NCBI GenBank assembly: GCA_963754315.1
Contig: CAVWFS010000008.1
Location: 160,001-224,000 of the forward strand
From: an uncultured Candidatus Rokubacteria bacterium
Lineage (GTDB): Bacteria; Methylomirabilota; Methylomirabilia; Rokubacteriales; CSP1-6
Direction: 5' to 3'
DNA: 64,000 nt
Positions 20,563-30,044 of this stretch are shown piece by piece. The position numbers and the translations under genes were made by a program. Under the pieces are notes generated by a model, which was given only the letters and a program-made list of their open reading frames with translations, ran no database searches and was not told the origin of the DNA. Every line of letters starts with the position of its first letter. The stretch's first letter is position 1.

Positions 20563-22368
20563 TCAGCGGGCGCCGGACGCCTGCGGCGAGGATCTGGTGT
20601 GGGCCACGGCGCGGTAGCTGGCCCGGAAGGCAGCCGTCCACTCCCGCAGGTATTCGAGGGGATCGTAGCTTTCAGGAAAGTCGGGCGCGGTTCGCCACGT
20701 CAGCGGGGCGTTCTCGACGGTACCGGTGCGGCGGTTGGTGAGGGCCACGGTCGGGAGTGAGCGGATCAGCGGCGCGTCGGCGTCCACGCCGCCCCGCGCT
20801 CGGAGGGTCTGCCAAGCCGCTCGGAGATCTTCGGCGCTATCGAGGCACATGGCCCGGATGATCTCCCTCTGAACACCGAAGTGCCGCGCTGTCCACCGTG
20901 GATAGTAGGTGAAGTGCTGAGCGACCTGGTAAGGATCGATCGACGGGCTGCCCAGGTCATCGGCGGCATAGCGCCGGTGGCGCTCGAAGGCGGCGTTGAT
21001 CGCGGGCACGGACGACGGATAGAAGTCGCGTCGCACGGGAAGACGGCGCAGCGCGTAGCGCTCTGGTCCGCCCGGGGTCCCGGGCCGGTACGTCCACAGT
21101 TGCTGACCCTCCTCGCCCAGCACGTACTCGATGAACCGAAGCGCGATGGCGCGGTGGGGGGCACCCCGGAGGAGGCTGATGGGGTCGCAGCTCACGCTGG
21201 TCCCGCCGACTGGCGTGACGAATACCATACGTGCCGTTCCCAGTGGACCGCCGGTCACCTGGGCCTGGTATCGCGCGTAGAAATCGATGGCCATGCCGAC
21301 GGCCGCGTCGCCCATGGAAACGTCGATGGCCACCTTGCTCGCGGAGTCGGTAAAGTAGCGTGCGTTGGCGCCGATGCGCTGGATGAGCAGCATGCCGGCG
21401 AGCCAGCCCCGCTCGAGCGCATCCTGGTAGGCGGCCGGCACGTTCGGGGGTAGATCGCCGCGCCGATAGCTCCGTCCCCGCCGTTCGGCGTAGGCAGCGA
21501 TCTCCTCTTCGAAGCGCGCGATGGCCGAGACCTCGAACCCGGCAGCGAGAGCGGCTTCGCGCATCTGCTGCTGGACGATCATCTCGAAAGCCTTGGCGCT
21601 GGATCCGCTCTTGGTGGGGTCGGCCAAGCCGATCGTGCCCGCGTAGATCGGATCCGCCAGATCCCTCCAGTGAGCGGGAGGTCGCTGAACGCCGAGCGCG
21701 TGAAGGCGGTCTATGTTGTAGACGATCCCGAACGTGCTGGCGGCATTGCCGAACAGGGTCGCTGTCCGACACGTCTCCCCACTCAGGTACTCGGGGATGA
21801 GCACGGTGCCATCGCTCGCGGTGAAGAGGCCAGGTGGCGCTTGATCGCGAGGCCAGGGCGCGACGGTCAGGCCCGCACGGTACGCCACCGAATGGTCGTA
21901 GGCGCCGCCGCCGAAGAGGAGATCGATCCCCACCGAGAGCTGACGGGGATCGTCGACGCGCCGGAACGCTTCGTAGATCGCCACGAGATCGCCGCGGGCG
22001 GCGGCCGGCGCTCGGGTGGCAATCATCACGTCTCCGGCCCCGGCCGGCCATGGATGGCCCTGCCTCCGCCACCATGCGTGTCCAGCCCCGACGAACTCGC
22101 TCGAGAGATAGCGGAGGATCTCGGTGGTGCCCCCGATGTTCCGCCAGTCGACACGGACAGACACCCCGTGTCGCCGTTGGTGCCACCGTGAGAAGGCTCG
22201 CTCGAACTCATAGCGGATCGCCTCGTGGTGGGGCCCGATGATGACGAGAACAGGATCGCCCTCAGCCCAGGCCGTCGTCGTGTCCTCACGCCGCAAGACG
22301 AAAGGCAGCGCGACGACGGCGGCGGCCAGAAGCACCACCCAGAACCTGCGTAGCCCGCCCCGGATCAT
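20563..22368 (-). CDS. Extracellular solute-binding protein of the Fe3+-type ABC system (unusually long)
   Basis: N-terminal TM anchor; IDLLFGGG, FGIVYN, WRDLADP, LADPTKSGS, DPISLLRGAP, EGQQLW. Confidence 0.82.
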   Translation of the reverse strand: MIRGGLRRFWVVLLAAAVVALPFVLRREDTTTAWAEGDPVLVIIGPHHEAIRYEFERAFSRWHQRRHGVSVRVDWRNIGGTTEILRYLSSEFVGAGHAWWRRQGHPWPAGAGDVMIATRAPAAARGDLVAIYEAFRRVDDPRQLSVGIDLLFGGGAYDHSVAYRAGLTVAPWPRDQAPPGLFTASDGTVLIPEYLSGETCRTATLFGNAASTFGIVYNIDRLHALGVQRPPAHWRDLADPIYAGTIGLADPTKSGSSAKAFEMIVQQQMREAALAAGFEVSAIARFEEEIAAYAERRGRSYRRGDLPPNVPAAYQDALERGWLAGMLLIQRIGANARYFTDSASKVAIDVSMGDAAVGMAIDFYARYQAQVTGGPLGTARMVFVTPVGGTSVSCDPISLLRGAPHRAIALRFIEYVLGEEGQQLWTYRPGTPGGPERYALRRLPVRRDFYPSSVPAINAAFERHRRYAADDLGSPSIDPYQVAQHFTYYPRWTARHFGVQREIIRAMCLDSAEDLRAAWQTLRARGGVDADAPLIRSLPTVALTNRRTGTVENAPLTWRTAPDFPESYDPLEYLREWTAAFRASYRAVAHTRSSPQASGAR

Positions 22369-23459
22369 CGGCGCAGGACGACCACGTCCTGTGGATCCAC
22401 GCGGGCGGCCGTGGGCTGGTTGTGCTCCATGGCCCCGGAACCTCGTGGGTTCAGCTCGAAGACCTTGAGCACGGTGCCGCCGGACGGAGCAGCTCCGGCC
22501 GGACCGGCCTCGATGTGGTGCTGGGCAATTTCTCCCAGGTACACGCTGTCGCGCAGGACGGCGGCAAAGGCGTTGGGTGCCGCGTGAGGGACGTCCAGCG
22601 CGACGCTCTCAGGCCGGATGGAGAGGGTCACCTCGTCGCCGGCTGCCAGCGGCTCGGCGGGCAGGGTGCTGCTGGTGAGGGAACCCAGGGGGGTCACGAG
22701 CTCAGCGCGGTCACGGTTGCTCCCGGCCACACGCGCCGGGAGGAGGTTGGTCTCGCCCATGAAGCTGGCCACGAAGCAGCTGGCCGGGCGTAGGTATACG
22801 TCGCGTGGCGTGCCAATCTGCTGGATGCGGCCTCGATCGAGAATGGCTATCCGGTCGGCGATGCTCAGGGCTTCCTTCTGCTCGTGGGTGACGTAGACCG
22901 TCGTGACACCCGATTCCTTGCAGATACGGCGGATCTCGTGTCGCATGTCCAGCCGCAGGCGGGCATCGAGATTGGACAACGGCTCATCGAGCAGCAGGCA
23001 GGCGGGTGTCACCACCAGTGCGCGGGCTAGGGCCACCCGCTGCTGCTGTCCACCGGACAGCTCGCTCGGATTGCGGTCGGCGTACGGCACCATCTGGACG
23101 AGCTGAAGGATCTCGTCGACCCTCCGGTGCCGCTCGCCCCGTGCCAGTCCTCGGACGTCGAGCCCGAAGCGGACGTTCTCGCGCACGGTGAGATGTGGCC
23201 ACAGGGCATAGCTCTGGAAGCACATGACGGCGTTGCGCTGCTCGGTCCCGAGCGACGTCACGTCCCGGTCATCGAACCAGATGCGCCCGCGCGTCGGCGT
23301 CAGGAGCCCGGCAATGAGGCGGAGGAGAGTGGACTTCCCGCAGCCGCTTGGGCCAAGCAGGAAAAATAGCTCGCCAGGCTCGATGTCCAGGTCGATTGAG
23401 TCGAGAGCGATGGTGTCGCCGAACCGCTTGCTGATCTGCTCACACCGCACGCGGGTCAT
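22365..23459 (-). CDS. ABC ATP-binding protein (FbpC/PotA-like, TOBE tail)
   Basis: GPSGCGKST, FQSYALWPHL, LSGGQQQR, LLDEPLSNLDA. Confidence 0.92.
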   Translation of the reverse strand: MTRVRCEQISKRFGDTIALDSIDLDIEPGELFFLLGPSGCGKSTLLRLIAGLLTPTRGRIWFDDRDVTSLGTEQRNAVMCFQSYALWPHLTVRENVRFGLDVRGLARGERHRRVDEILQLVQMVPYADRNPSELSGGQQQRVALARALVVTPACLLLDEPLSNLDARLRLDMRHEIRRICKESGVTTVYVTHEQKEALSIADRIAILDRGRIQQIGTPRDVYLRPASCFVASFMGETNLLPARVAGSNRDRAELVTPLGSLTSSTLPAEPLAAGDEVTLSIRPESVALDVPHAAPNAFAAVLRDSVYLGEIAQHHIEAGPAGAAPSGGTVLKVFELNPRGSGAMEHNQPTAARVDPQDVVVLRR

Positions 23460-23596
23460 GATGGGGCGGGCCTGCTCCCTAGAATATCCGGATCCGGGAT
23501 GTGTGGGCGCGATTCTGGAGGAGCGGTGATTCTGGCTAAAATGGTCGGCGCGGGCCTTGGAGCCAGGTGGCTCATGGTGCGCAGGGGAGAGGAACG

Positions 23597-24637
23597 GTGC
23601 GTCGGAGCCACTTCGCGGCGGGTCTGGCCATGATGCTTGTTCTGGCCGGGTGTGTCGATGCCACGCACGAGCGAATCCATCACGCCGTCCGGGGTAATGG
23701 CCCTACTGAGTCCCCGACGGCGGGCCCCGCCAGGGAATCCCGCCCGCCTCCCGTCGTCCTCACCTTGCACGCGGCGGGCACTAAGGATGAGCACGACAGA
23801 TACTGGTTCACCATGCCGTCGACCGGCGACAATGGCCAGGACGGCAACGTGGTGACAGGCTGGTACTTCCAGCGAGGCCACGCGCGAGCTCCGCTGGTGA
23901 TCGTCGTCCCGATCTATGGAAGCTCGGCCTATCCTTCCTGGACGGTCGCGCGTTTTCTGGCCTCCCAGCCGGCCCCGCTCGACATCAACGTTGTCCTCAT
24001 CGAGGCGGAGCGCGATCTCATCGACTGGAATCGTCTGCGCCTGGCGACCACCGAGGAGGCCTGGCACGCCACCCTGGTGGAGTCGACAGCACGCTATCGA
24101 ACCGTGGCGGCCGACATCAGCCGGATCATCGACTGGGCCGTGACGCGACCGACCACGGATCCCACACGGCTCGGCATCGTCGGTTTCTCAATCAGCGCGA
24201 CCATCGCCGCCGTGGCCATGGGCGCCGATGATCGTCTGACTGCCGGCGCGTTCCTCATGGGCGGCGCCCATCTGCACGAAGTATTCGCCTTCTGCCGCGA
24301 AGCCCAGGTCACTCGGGTGCGCAACACGAACATGCGGCGCTTCGGCTGGAGCCTCGACACATTCAAGGGCAAGATCCAGCCCCTCGCGGACTCGGTCAAC
24401 CCGGCCCTCATGCCGAGCTTGAACGGCGATCGACACACGCTCTACGTCGAGGCCACCGACGACGATTGCATCCCGAAGACCGCGCGCGATGGGCTGCGGG
24501 ACATGCTCACCCCCTCGGAGAAGATCCAGCTCGGCTACCGACACTGGCCGTCCTTCCTCTTCGGGATGACCCCCCTCGGCCTTCACTACCTCGAGCGGGC
24601 GGTGGTGAGGTTCTTCGTGGCCGCCTTCGGCCTATAA
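23597..24637 (+). CDS. Putative lipoprotein with alpha/beta-hydrolase fold
   Basis: Lipobox LAGC; RLGIVGFSIS nucleophile elbow, DDCIP, late His (YRHW). GTG 23597 has a GGAGAGG RBS; the ORF extends to 23567. Confidence 0.6.
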   Translation: MRRSHFAAGLAMMLVLAGCVDATHERIHHAVRGNGPTESPTAGPARESRPPPVVLTLHAAGTKDEHDRYWFTMPSTGDNGQDGNVVTGWYFQRGHARAPLVIVVPIYGSSAYPSWTVARFLASQPAPLDINVVLIEAERDLIDWNRLRLATTEEAWHATLVESTARYRTVAADISRIIDWAVTRPTTDPTRLGIVGFSISATIAAVAMGADDRLTAGAFLMGGAHLHEVFAFCREAQVTRVRNTNMRRFGWSLDTFKGKIQPLADSVNPALMPSLNGDRHTLYVEATDDDCIPKTARDGLRDMLTPSEKIQLGYRHWPSFLFGMTPLGLHYLERAVVRFFVAAFGL

Positions 24638-24689
24638 TCGGGCCGGCTCGCCGCGGCAAGGTGGGGCGCCGCGAGGAGGGGGAGGAACA

Positions 24690-25904
24690 ATGGATACTGG
24701 TCGTCGACGTCTTCTCAAAGTGGCAGCGGTGGGAGGTATGGGGGCCGTGCTGGCGACGCCCGTCTTCCTGCGCCGAGCGTACGCGCAGCAGCCCATCAAG
24801 ATTGGCTTGCCCACCGTGCTGTCCGGCGGCAACGCCCAGTACGGCATCCAGGCCAAGCGGGCGTGCGAGCTGTTCGGCAAGGAGATCAACGCCAAGGGTG
24901 GGGTGCTCGGTCGTCCCCTGGAGTTCATCTACGAGGATACCGCGGCCGATCCGGCCACGGCCGTGCGCAAGGCGCAGAAGCTGGTGGAGAAGGACAGCGT
25001 CAAGTTTCTCACGGGAACCGTGCTGTCCTCGGAGGCGCTGGCCGTCTCTGCCAAGTGTCCGGAGTGGAAGGTCATCCTGATGTCGACCATCAACGGAGCC
25101 GGCTCGCTCACCGCCAAGGCCTGGAACCGTTACTTCTTCCGCATCAACACCAGCGGCCCCATGGGGGCGCGGGTGGTGAGCCTCTACCTCGCCGAATCGC
25201 CTCTCAAGCGTTTCTTCGCGCTCGGCAGTGATTACGCGTGGGGGCGCGACGGGGTGACCACCTTCGAGAAGCAGATCGGGGCCACCAAGAAGGACATCGT
25301 CGGCAAGGACTACCCGCCTGTGGGCACCAAGGACTTCGCCGCCTATATCTCCAAGATCAAGCAGGCGCGGGCCGACTCCTGCTACATCGTGATGCCCGGC
25401 CAGGATGCCACCATCTTCATCAAGCAGGCGGCCCAGTTCGGGCTCACGCGCGAGGTGAAGCTCGTCATGGAGATCGTGGAGCTCGAGAACATGAAGGCGG
25501 TGGGCGACGCCATGGCCGGCACCATCGGCAGCTCGCGCTATCCCTTCACGGTGGATACCCCACGCAACCGCGACTTCGTCAAGCGGTTCCATGCCATGCA
25601 TGGGGTCTACCCCGACATGTTCGACGGTGAGACCTACGAGGGCCTCGAATGGTTGACCCAGGTCATCACCAAGGTCGGCACCGCTGACGATGTCGAGAAG
25701 GTGATCGAGGCCTGGGAGGATTCGCGCTACGAGGGCCTGGAAGGGCCGTTCTTCATGCGCAAGTGTGATCACCAGGCCGAGCAGCCGGGCTTCATGGTCG
25801 AGGCCGTCAAGGATTCGAATTATCCGCACCTGATTCCAAAGATTCTCGCCACCTATCCTGGGGATCGGGTGACGCCGAAGTGCCGCACGGAGGACTTCGC
25901 GTAG
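24690..25904 (+). CDS. LIV-type ABC substrate-binding protein with Tat-like signal
   Basis: GRRRLLK twin-arginine leader, INAKGGVLGRPLE, RYFFR, DYAWG. Confidence 0.9.
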   Translation: MDTGRRRLLKVAAVGGMGAVLATPVFLRRAYAQQPIKIGLPTVLSGGNAQYGIQAKRACELFGKEINAKGGVLGRPLEFIYEDTAADPATAVRKAQKLVEKDSVKFLTGTVLSSEALAVSAKCPEWKVILMSTINGAGSLTAKAWNRYFFRINTSGPMGARVVSLYLAESPLKRFFALGSDYAWGRDGVTTFEKQIGATKKDIVGKDYPPVGTKDFAAYISKIKQARADSCYIVMPGQDATIFIKQAAQFGLTREVKLVMEIVELENMKAVGDAMAGTIGSSRYPFTVDTPRNRDFVKRFHAMHGVYPDMFDGETYEGLEWLTQVITKVGTADDVEKVIEAWEDSRYEGLEGPFFMRKCDHQAEQPGFMVEAVKDSNYPHLIPKILATYPGDRVTPKCRTEDFA

Positions 25905-25934
25905 CGAAAATCGGGGCCCGGAAGGGGCGCAATC

Positions 25935-26801
25935 GTGTCAGTTGCCCTGCTCGTCGAGCTGAGCCTGAATGCCCTCGCCCTCTCCGGGCTCTTGTTCCTT
26001 GTCTCCATCGGGCTCACTCTCGTCTTCGGGATCCTGCGCGTGGTCAACTTCGCGCACGGCGTCTTCTACATGATCGGCGCCTATCTCGGGTTCACGGCCG
26101 TGGCGCTATCGGGCCGCTTCTGGCTGGCGCTGCTGCTCGTGCCCCCGTTGGTGGGACTTTTGGGGGCCGCCCTGGAAGCGTCGACCCTGCGGTTCATCTA
26201 TCGCCGCCCCCCCATCTACCAGCTGCTCCTCACCTTCGGTATCGCGCTCATCCTGGAAGAGACCGTCAAGGTCATCTACGGTCCCACCGCCAAGGGGGTG
26301 GAACCGCCGTCGCTCTTGCAGGGATCCGTGGAAATGCTCGGGATCGTGTATCCGGCCTACCGACTGTTCCTGGTGGGCTTGGGCCTGCTCGTGGGGTTGG
26401 CGCTCTGGCTCTTCCTGCAGCGAACGCGGGCCGGGCTGATCGTCCGCGCGGTGGCCCAGAACAGCGAGATGGCAGATTGCCTGGGCGCCGACGTGAGACT
26501 CGTGCGCACCCTCGTCTTCGGCGCCGCCTGCGGGTTGGCTGGCCTCGGAGGCGCGGCGGCCGCCCCCATGACCACCGCCTATCTCGGGATGGGCATCGCC
26601 GTGATCGTCGAGGCCTTCGTGGTTGTTGTCATTGGCGGCCTGGGCTCGGTCGTGGGCTCCATGGTGGGCAGCCTCATTGTGGGAGCCGCGCAGACGTGGG
26701 GCAGCTTTTACGTCTCGGAGGCCGCCATGGTGATCATGTACGCGGTGATGGGGGCCATCCTCATCTTCTGGCGGTGGGGGCTGTTCGGGGAAGAGGAATA
26801 G
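25935..26801 (+). CDS. Branched-chain amino acid ABC permease (LivH-like)
   Basis: GLTLVFGILRVVNFAHG, VVIGGLGS, GLFG. Confidence 0.9.
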   Translation: MSVALLVELSLNALALSGLLFLVSIGLTLVFGILRVVNFAHGVFYMIGAYLGFTAVALSGRFWLALLLVPPLVGLLGAALEASTLRFIYRRPPIYQLLLTFGIALILEETVKVIYGPTAKGVEPPSLLQGSVEMLGIVYPAYRLFLVGLGLLVGLALWLFLQRTRAGLIVRAVAQNSEMADCLGADVRLVRTLVFGAACGLAGLGGAAAAPMTTAYLGMGIAVIVEAFVVVVIGGLGSVVGSMVGSLIVGAAQTWGSFYVSEAAMVIMYAVMGAILIFWRWGLFGEEE

Positions 26802-27740
26802 ATGGGCCCGCTTGGGCGTGTCAGCAGCCTGGCCGCGCTCGTCGTGCTCGCGGCGATGCCGTGGGTTCTCGCCCGTCACCAGCTGTCGATCTTGACCGAT
26901 CTGCTGATCTTCGGTCTTCTTGCCATGTCGCTCGACCTCATCATCGGCTACTCGGGTATGGTCTCCTTCGGTCATGCCGCCTATTTCGGCCTCGGCGCCT
27001 ACGGCAGCGCGCTCTTGCTCATCCATTGGGCCCCCCCTGTGCCAGTCGCCTTGCTGGCCGGGGCCGTGCTGGCCGCCTTGATCGCGGCGCCGGTTGGCTG
27101 GTTCTCGACGCGCGCCACCGGAATCTATTTCGCGATGTTGACCTTGGCCTTTGCCCAGCTCCTCTATACGGTGGCCTACAAGTGGCGCGACCTCACGGGC
27201 GGTTCGGACGGCATCGCCGGCGTGCCAAAGACCACACTGTTCTGGGGTGGTCCCAGCGTCGCCTCGCCGCGCGCTTACTACCTTCTGGTGGCAGCCTGCG
27301 TCGTGCTCTCGCTCGTGGCCTGTCGCAGTCTCGTGCGCTCGCCCTTCGGGCGAGCGCTGCAAGCCATCCGCGAGAACGAGCATCGCTTCACCAGCCTCGG
27401 CCAGGATCCTCGGCCCTTCAAGGTGGTGGTCTTCGTCATTGCTGCGTTCTTCGCCGGTCTTGCCGGCGCCCTCTTCGCGCCCTTCCGTGGCTTCGCCTCA
27501 CCCGAGGTGATGTTCTGGGTTCTCTCGGGTCAGGCCCTGATGATGGTCATCACGGGCGGAATTGGAACCCTCGTCGGGCCGGTGCTCGGGGCCATGATCT
27601 TCATTCTGATCCAGGAGGTCCTCTCGAGCTACACGGAGCACTGGATGATCTTCGCTGGTGTAGTGTTCGTCCTGATCGTCATCTTCCTGCCCGGCGGGCT
27701 TGTGGGCACCGCCCGTCGCTGGATCGAGGCGCGCGGATGA
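26802..27740 (+). CDS. Branched-chain amino acid ABC permease (LivM-like)
   Basis: SFGHAAYFGLGAY, GIYFAMLTLAF, TGGSDG, SPFGRALQAIRENE. Confidence 0.9.
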   Translation: MGPLGRVSSLAALVVLAAMPWVLARHQLSILTDLLIFGLLAMSLDLIIGYSGMVSFGHAAYFGLGAYGSALLLIHWAPPVPVALLAGAVLAALIAAPVGWFSTRATGIYFAMLTLAFAQLLYTVAYKWRDLTGGSDGIAGVPKTTLFWGGPSVASPRAYYLLVAACVVLSLVACRSLVRSPFGRALQAIRENEHRFTSLGQDPRPFKVVVFVIAAFFAGLAGALFAPFRGFASPEVMFWVLSGQALMMVITGGIGTLVGPVLGAMIFILIQEVLSSYTEHWMIFAGVVFVLIVIFLPGGLVGTARRWIEARG

Positions 27741-27759
27741 CCGCGCCTGCGTGGCAGGG

Positions 27760-28132
27760 ATGGGGGGCCATGTCGGGGCCCCCGGAGCGACGTGTGACCG
27801 AGGGGCGCCACGGGTTTCCCGGGGCGGCTCCGAGCGCTGGGGGTATGGGGGGCCATGTCGGGGCCCCCGGAGCTGACGTGTGACCGAGGGGCGCCACGGG
27901 TTTCCCGGGGCGGCTCCGAGCGCTGGGGGGTATGGGGGGCCATGTCGGGGCCCCCGGAGCTGACGTGTGACCGAGGGGCGCCACGGGTTTCCCGGGGCGG
28001 CTCCGAGCGCTGGGGGGTATGGGGGGCCATGTCGGGGCCCCCGGAGCTGACGTGTGACCGAGGGGCGCCACGGGTTTCCCGGGGCGGCTCCGAGCGCTGG
28101 GGGGTATGGGGGGCCATGTCGGGGCCCCCCAT
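27760..28132. repeat. Tandem array of an 87-bp GC-rich palindromic unit (4 units plus a terminal hairpin)
   Basis: Units start at 27760 (85 bp), 27845, 27932 and 28019 (87 bp, identical). A partial fifth unit at 28106-28132 is a perfect hairpin, ATGGGGGGCC-ATGTCGG-GGCCCCCCAT. Confidence 0.97.
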
Positions 28133-28138
28133 GTCCAA

Positions 28139-28888
28139 ATGACCGTCCTCGAGACACGCGGGATAGGGCGGGCATTCGGCGCGCTGCGGGCCGTGGCGGA
28201 CGTGAGTCTCACCGTCGGCGCGGGCGAGTTGCGCGCGATCATCGGCCCGAACGGCGCGGGGAAGACCACATTGTTCCATCTGATTTCGGGGCTTCTGGCG
28301 CCGACTGCTGGGCAGATCTTCTTTCGGGGCGAGGAAGTGTCCTCGCTGGCTGCCCCGGCCCGCTGTCGACTCGGCATATCCCGTACATTTCAGATCACCA
28401 GCATCTTTCCGGAGCTGTCCGTCCTGGAGAACGTGCGCATGGCGGTGCAGCTCAAGGGTGGGGGAAACTTCCGGTTGGTGGGCGGGGGCGCGCGCCTGCA
28501 GGACACCGCGCGGCGTGCCCGCGAGAGCCTGGACTTCCTCAGCCTCGGGGCTCGTGCCGACGAACCGGCGGCCACCTTACCCCACGGCGATCAACGGCTC
28601 CTGGAGATCGCCATGGCCGTGGCCCAGGACCCCGAACTGCTTCTGCTCGACGAACCGACCCAGGGCCTGTCCCCCGAGGACACCACCGCTACGGTTGCGG
28701 TCATTCGACAGATCGCGCGTGAGAGGCGCCTCACCATCCTGCTCGTCGAGCACGACATGGATGTGGTCTTCGACCTGGCGCAGCGAATCTCGGTGCTGCA
28801 CTTTGGCCAGCTCATTGCCGAGGGAACCCCTGAGGAAATCCGCACCAATCCGGACGTGCAAAAGGCCTACCTCGGCGGTGGAGAATGA
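28139..28888 (+). CDS. Branched-chain amino acid ABC ATP-binding protein (LivG-like)
   Basis: FGALRAV, GPNGAGKTT, SRTFQ, LLDEPT, VEHDMD, VQKAYLG. Start set at ATG 28139, after the repeat. Confidence 0.9.
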   Translation: MTVLETRGIGRAFGALRAVADVSLTVGAGELRAIIGPNGAGKTTLFHLISGLLAPTAGQIFFRGEEVSSLAAPARCRLGISRTFQITSIFPELSVLENVRMAVQLKGGGNFRLVGGGARLQDTARRARESLDFLSLGARADEPAATLPHGDQRLLEIAMAVAQDPELLLLDEPTQGLSPEDTTATVAVIRQIARERRLTILLVEHDMDVVFDLAQRISVLHFGQLIAEGTPEEIRTNPDVQKAYLGGGE

Positions 28889-29319
28889 ACCCTCGCGGAA
28901 GGCTCGGAGAGATCGACATGAGCGCCCACCAGATGATCACCGCCGGGGGAGCCTGGCCCGAGCGCTACACCTTCTCGCCAGGCCTGCGCGCCGGAAACCT
29001 CGTCTTCATCTCCGGTACCACGGCCGTGGACGATAGGGGCCAGCTGGTCGGCGCCGGAGACGTCGTGGCCCAGACGCGCTACATCTACTTGAAGTTCGTC
29101 TCCCTACTGGAGGCGGCCGGTGCGGGGCTCGAGCATGTGGTGCAGACGACCGAGTACATCACCACGACCGAGAACTACCGTGCGACTGCGGGTGTCCGCC
29201 GCGAGTTCTTCCGGCCACCTTACCCGACCGCGACCGGGGTGATCGTGGCAGGCCTCCTACGTGAGGGGGCCCTGATCGAGATCTCGGCGGTAGCGGTCCT
29301 TCCCGGGGCCGTCTCGTGA
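28885..29319 (+). CDS. Rid (YjgF/YER057c/UK114) family protein
   Basis: FSPGLRAGNLVFISGTT...LIEISAVA; alternative start ATG 28918. Confidence 0.88.
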   Translation: MNPRGRLGEIDMSAHQMITAGGAWPERYTFSPGLRAGNLVFISGTTAVDDRGQLVGAGDVVAQTRYIYLKFVSLLEAAGAGLEHVVQTTEYITTTENYRATAGVRREFFRPPYPTATGVIVAGLLREGALIEISAVAVLPGAVS

Positions 29320-30044
29320 GGGAGAGTCCGAGCACGCAAGGGCTCCTCTCAGTAGAAGCCTTGCAAACGTACTACGGCAAGAGCCATGTACTGCGCGGCG
29401 TGTCTTTCACGGTGTCTCCGGGCGCCATCACGGTGCTCCTGGGGCGCAACGGCGCTGGCAAGACCACCACGCTCCGATCGATCATGGGGCTCACCCCGCC
29501 GCGGACGGGCCATGTGCGCTTCAAGAATCGCGACATCACAGGCCAGGCCCCCCACCGCGTGTTCGGGCTCGGCATTGGCTACGTGCCCGAAGGCCGCCAG
29601 ATCTTTCCCCAGCTCGACGTCGGCGAGAACTTGCGGCTGGCGCAGCGGGCGAACCCAAGCGGCTCCGGCTGGACGCTAGACCGCATCCTCGACTACTTTC
29701 CCGTGCTTCGCGAGCGGTGGGGGCAGCGGGGCCGGAGTCTTTCCGGAGGAGAGCAGCAAATGCTCGCCATCGCCCGTGCCTTGGCCGGGAACCCGGAGCT
29801 GTTGATGCTCGACGAGCCCTCCCAGGGACTGGCGCCGCGGCTGGTCCGGGAGCTGGGGAGCCTGCTCACGCGCCTCAAGGCAGAGGGGGTGACATTGCTG
29901 CTCGTCGAGCAGAACGCCCGCATGGCCCTCACCGTCAGCGATCACGTGCTCGTTCTCGGAAAAGGCGCCGTTGTCTTCGCCGGGCCCACGGGCGAGTTCC
30001 AGCTCCGTGAGGCCGAGCTGAAGGGACGGTATCTGTCCGTGTGA
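29316..30044 (+). CDS. Branched-chain amino acid ABC ATP-binding protein (LivF-like)
   Basis: GRNGAGKTT, YVPEGRQIF, LSGGEQQM, LDEPSQGLAP, LVEQN. Confidence 0.9.
   Translation: MRESPSTQGLLSVEALQTYYGKSHVLRGVSFTVSPGAITVLLGRNGAGKTTTLRSIMGLTPPRTGHVRFKNRDITGQAPHRVFGLGIGYVPEGRQIFPQLDVGENLRLAQRANPSGSGWTLDRILDYFPVLRERWGQRGRSLSGGEQQMLAIARALAGNPELLMLDEPSQGLAPRLVRELGSLLTRLKAEGVTLLLVEQNARMALTVSDHVLVLGKGAVVFAGPTGEFQLREAELKGRYLSV

Noticed and set aside
25880..27883. 667-aa Arg/Gly-rich ORF, and similar long shadow ORFs (16028-17899, 37909-39528, 53629-55410)
   Set aside because: They overlap motif-supported genes in another frame or strand and have no recognisable domains; typical of high-GC DNA.
27760..28132. 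CRISPR array
   Set aside because: Sequences between the hairpins are identical, not unique spacers, and no cas genes are present.
27498..28377. Three minus-strand repeat ORFs as real genes
   Set aside because: They are antisense to livM/livG and open only because the GC-rich 87-bp unit lacks stops.
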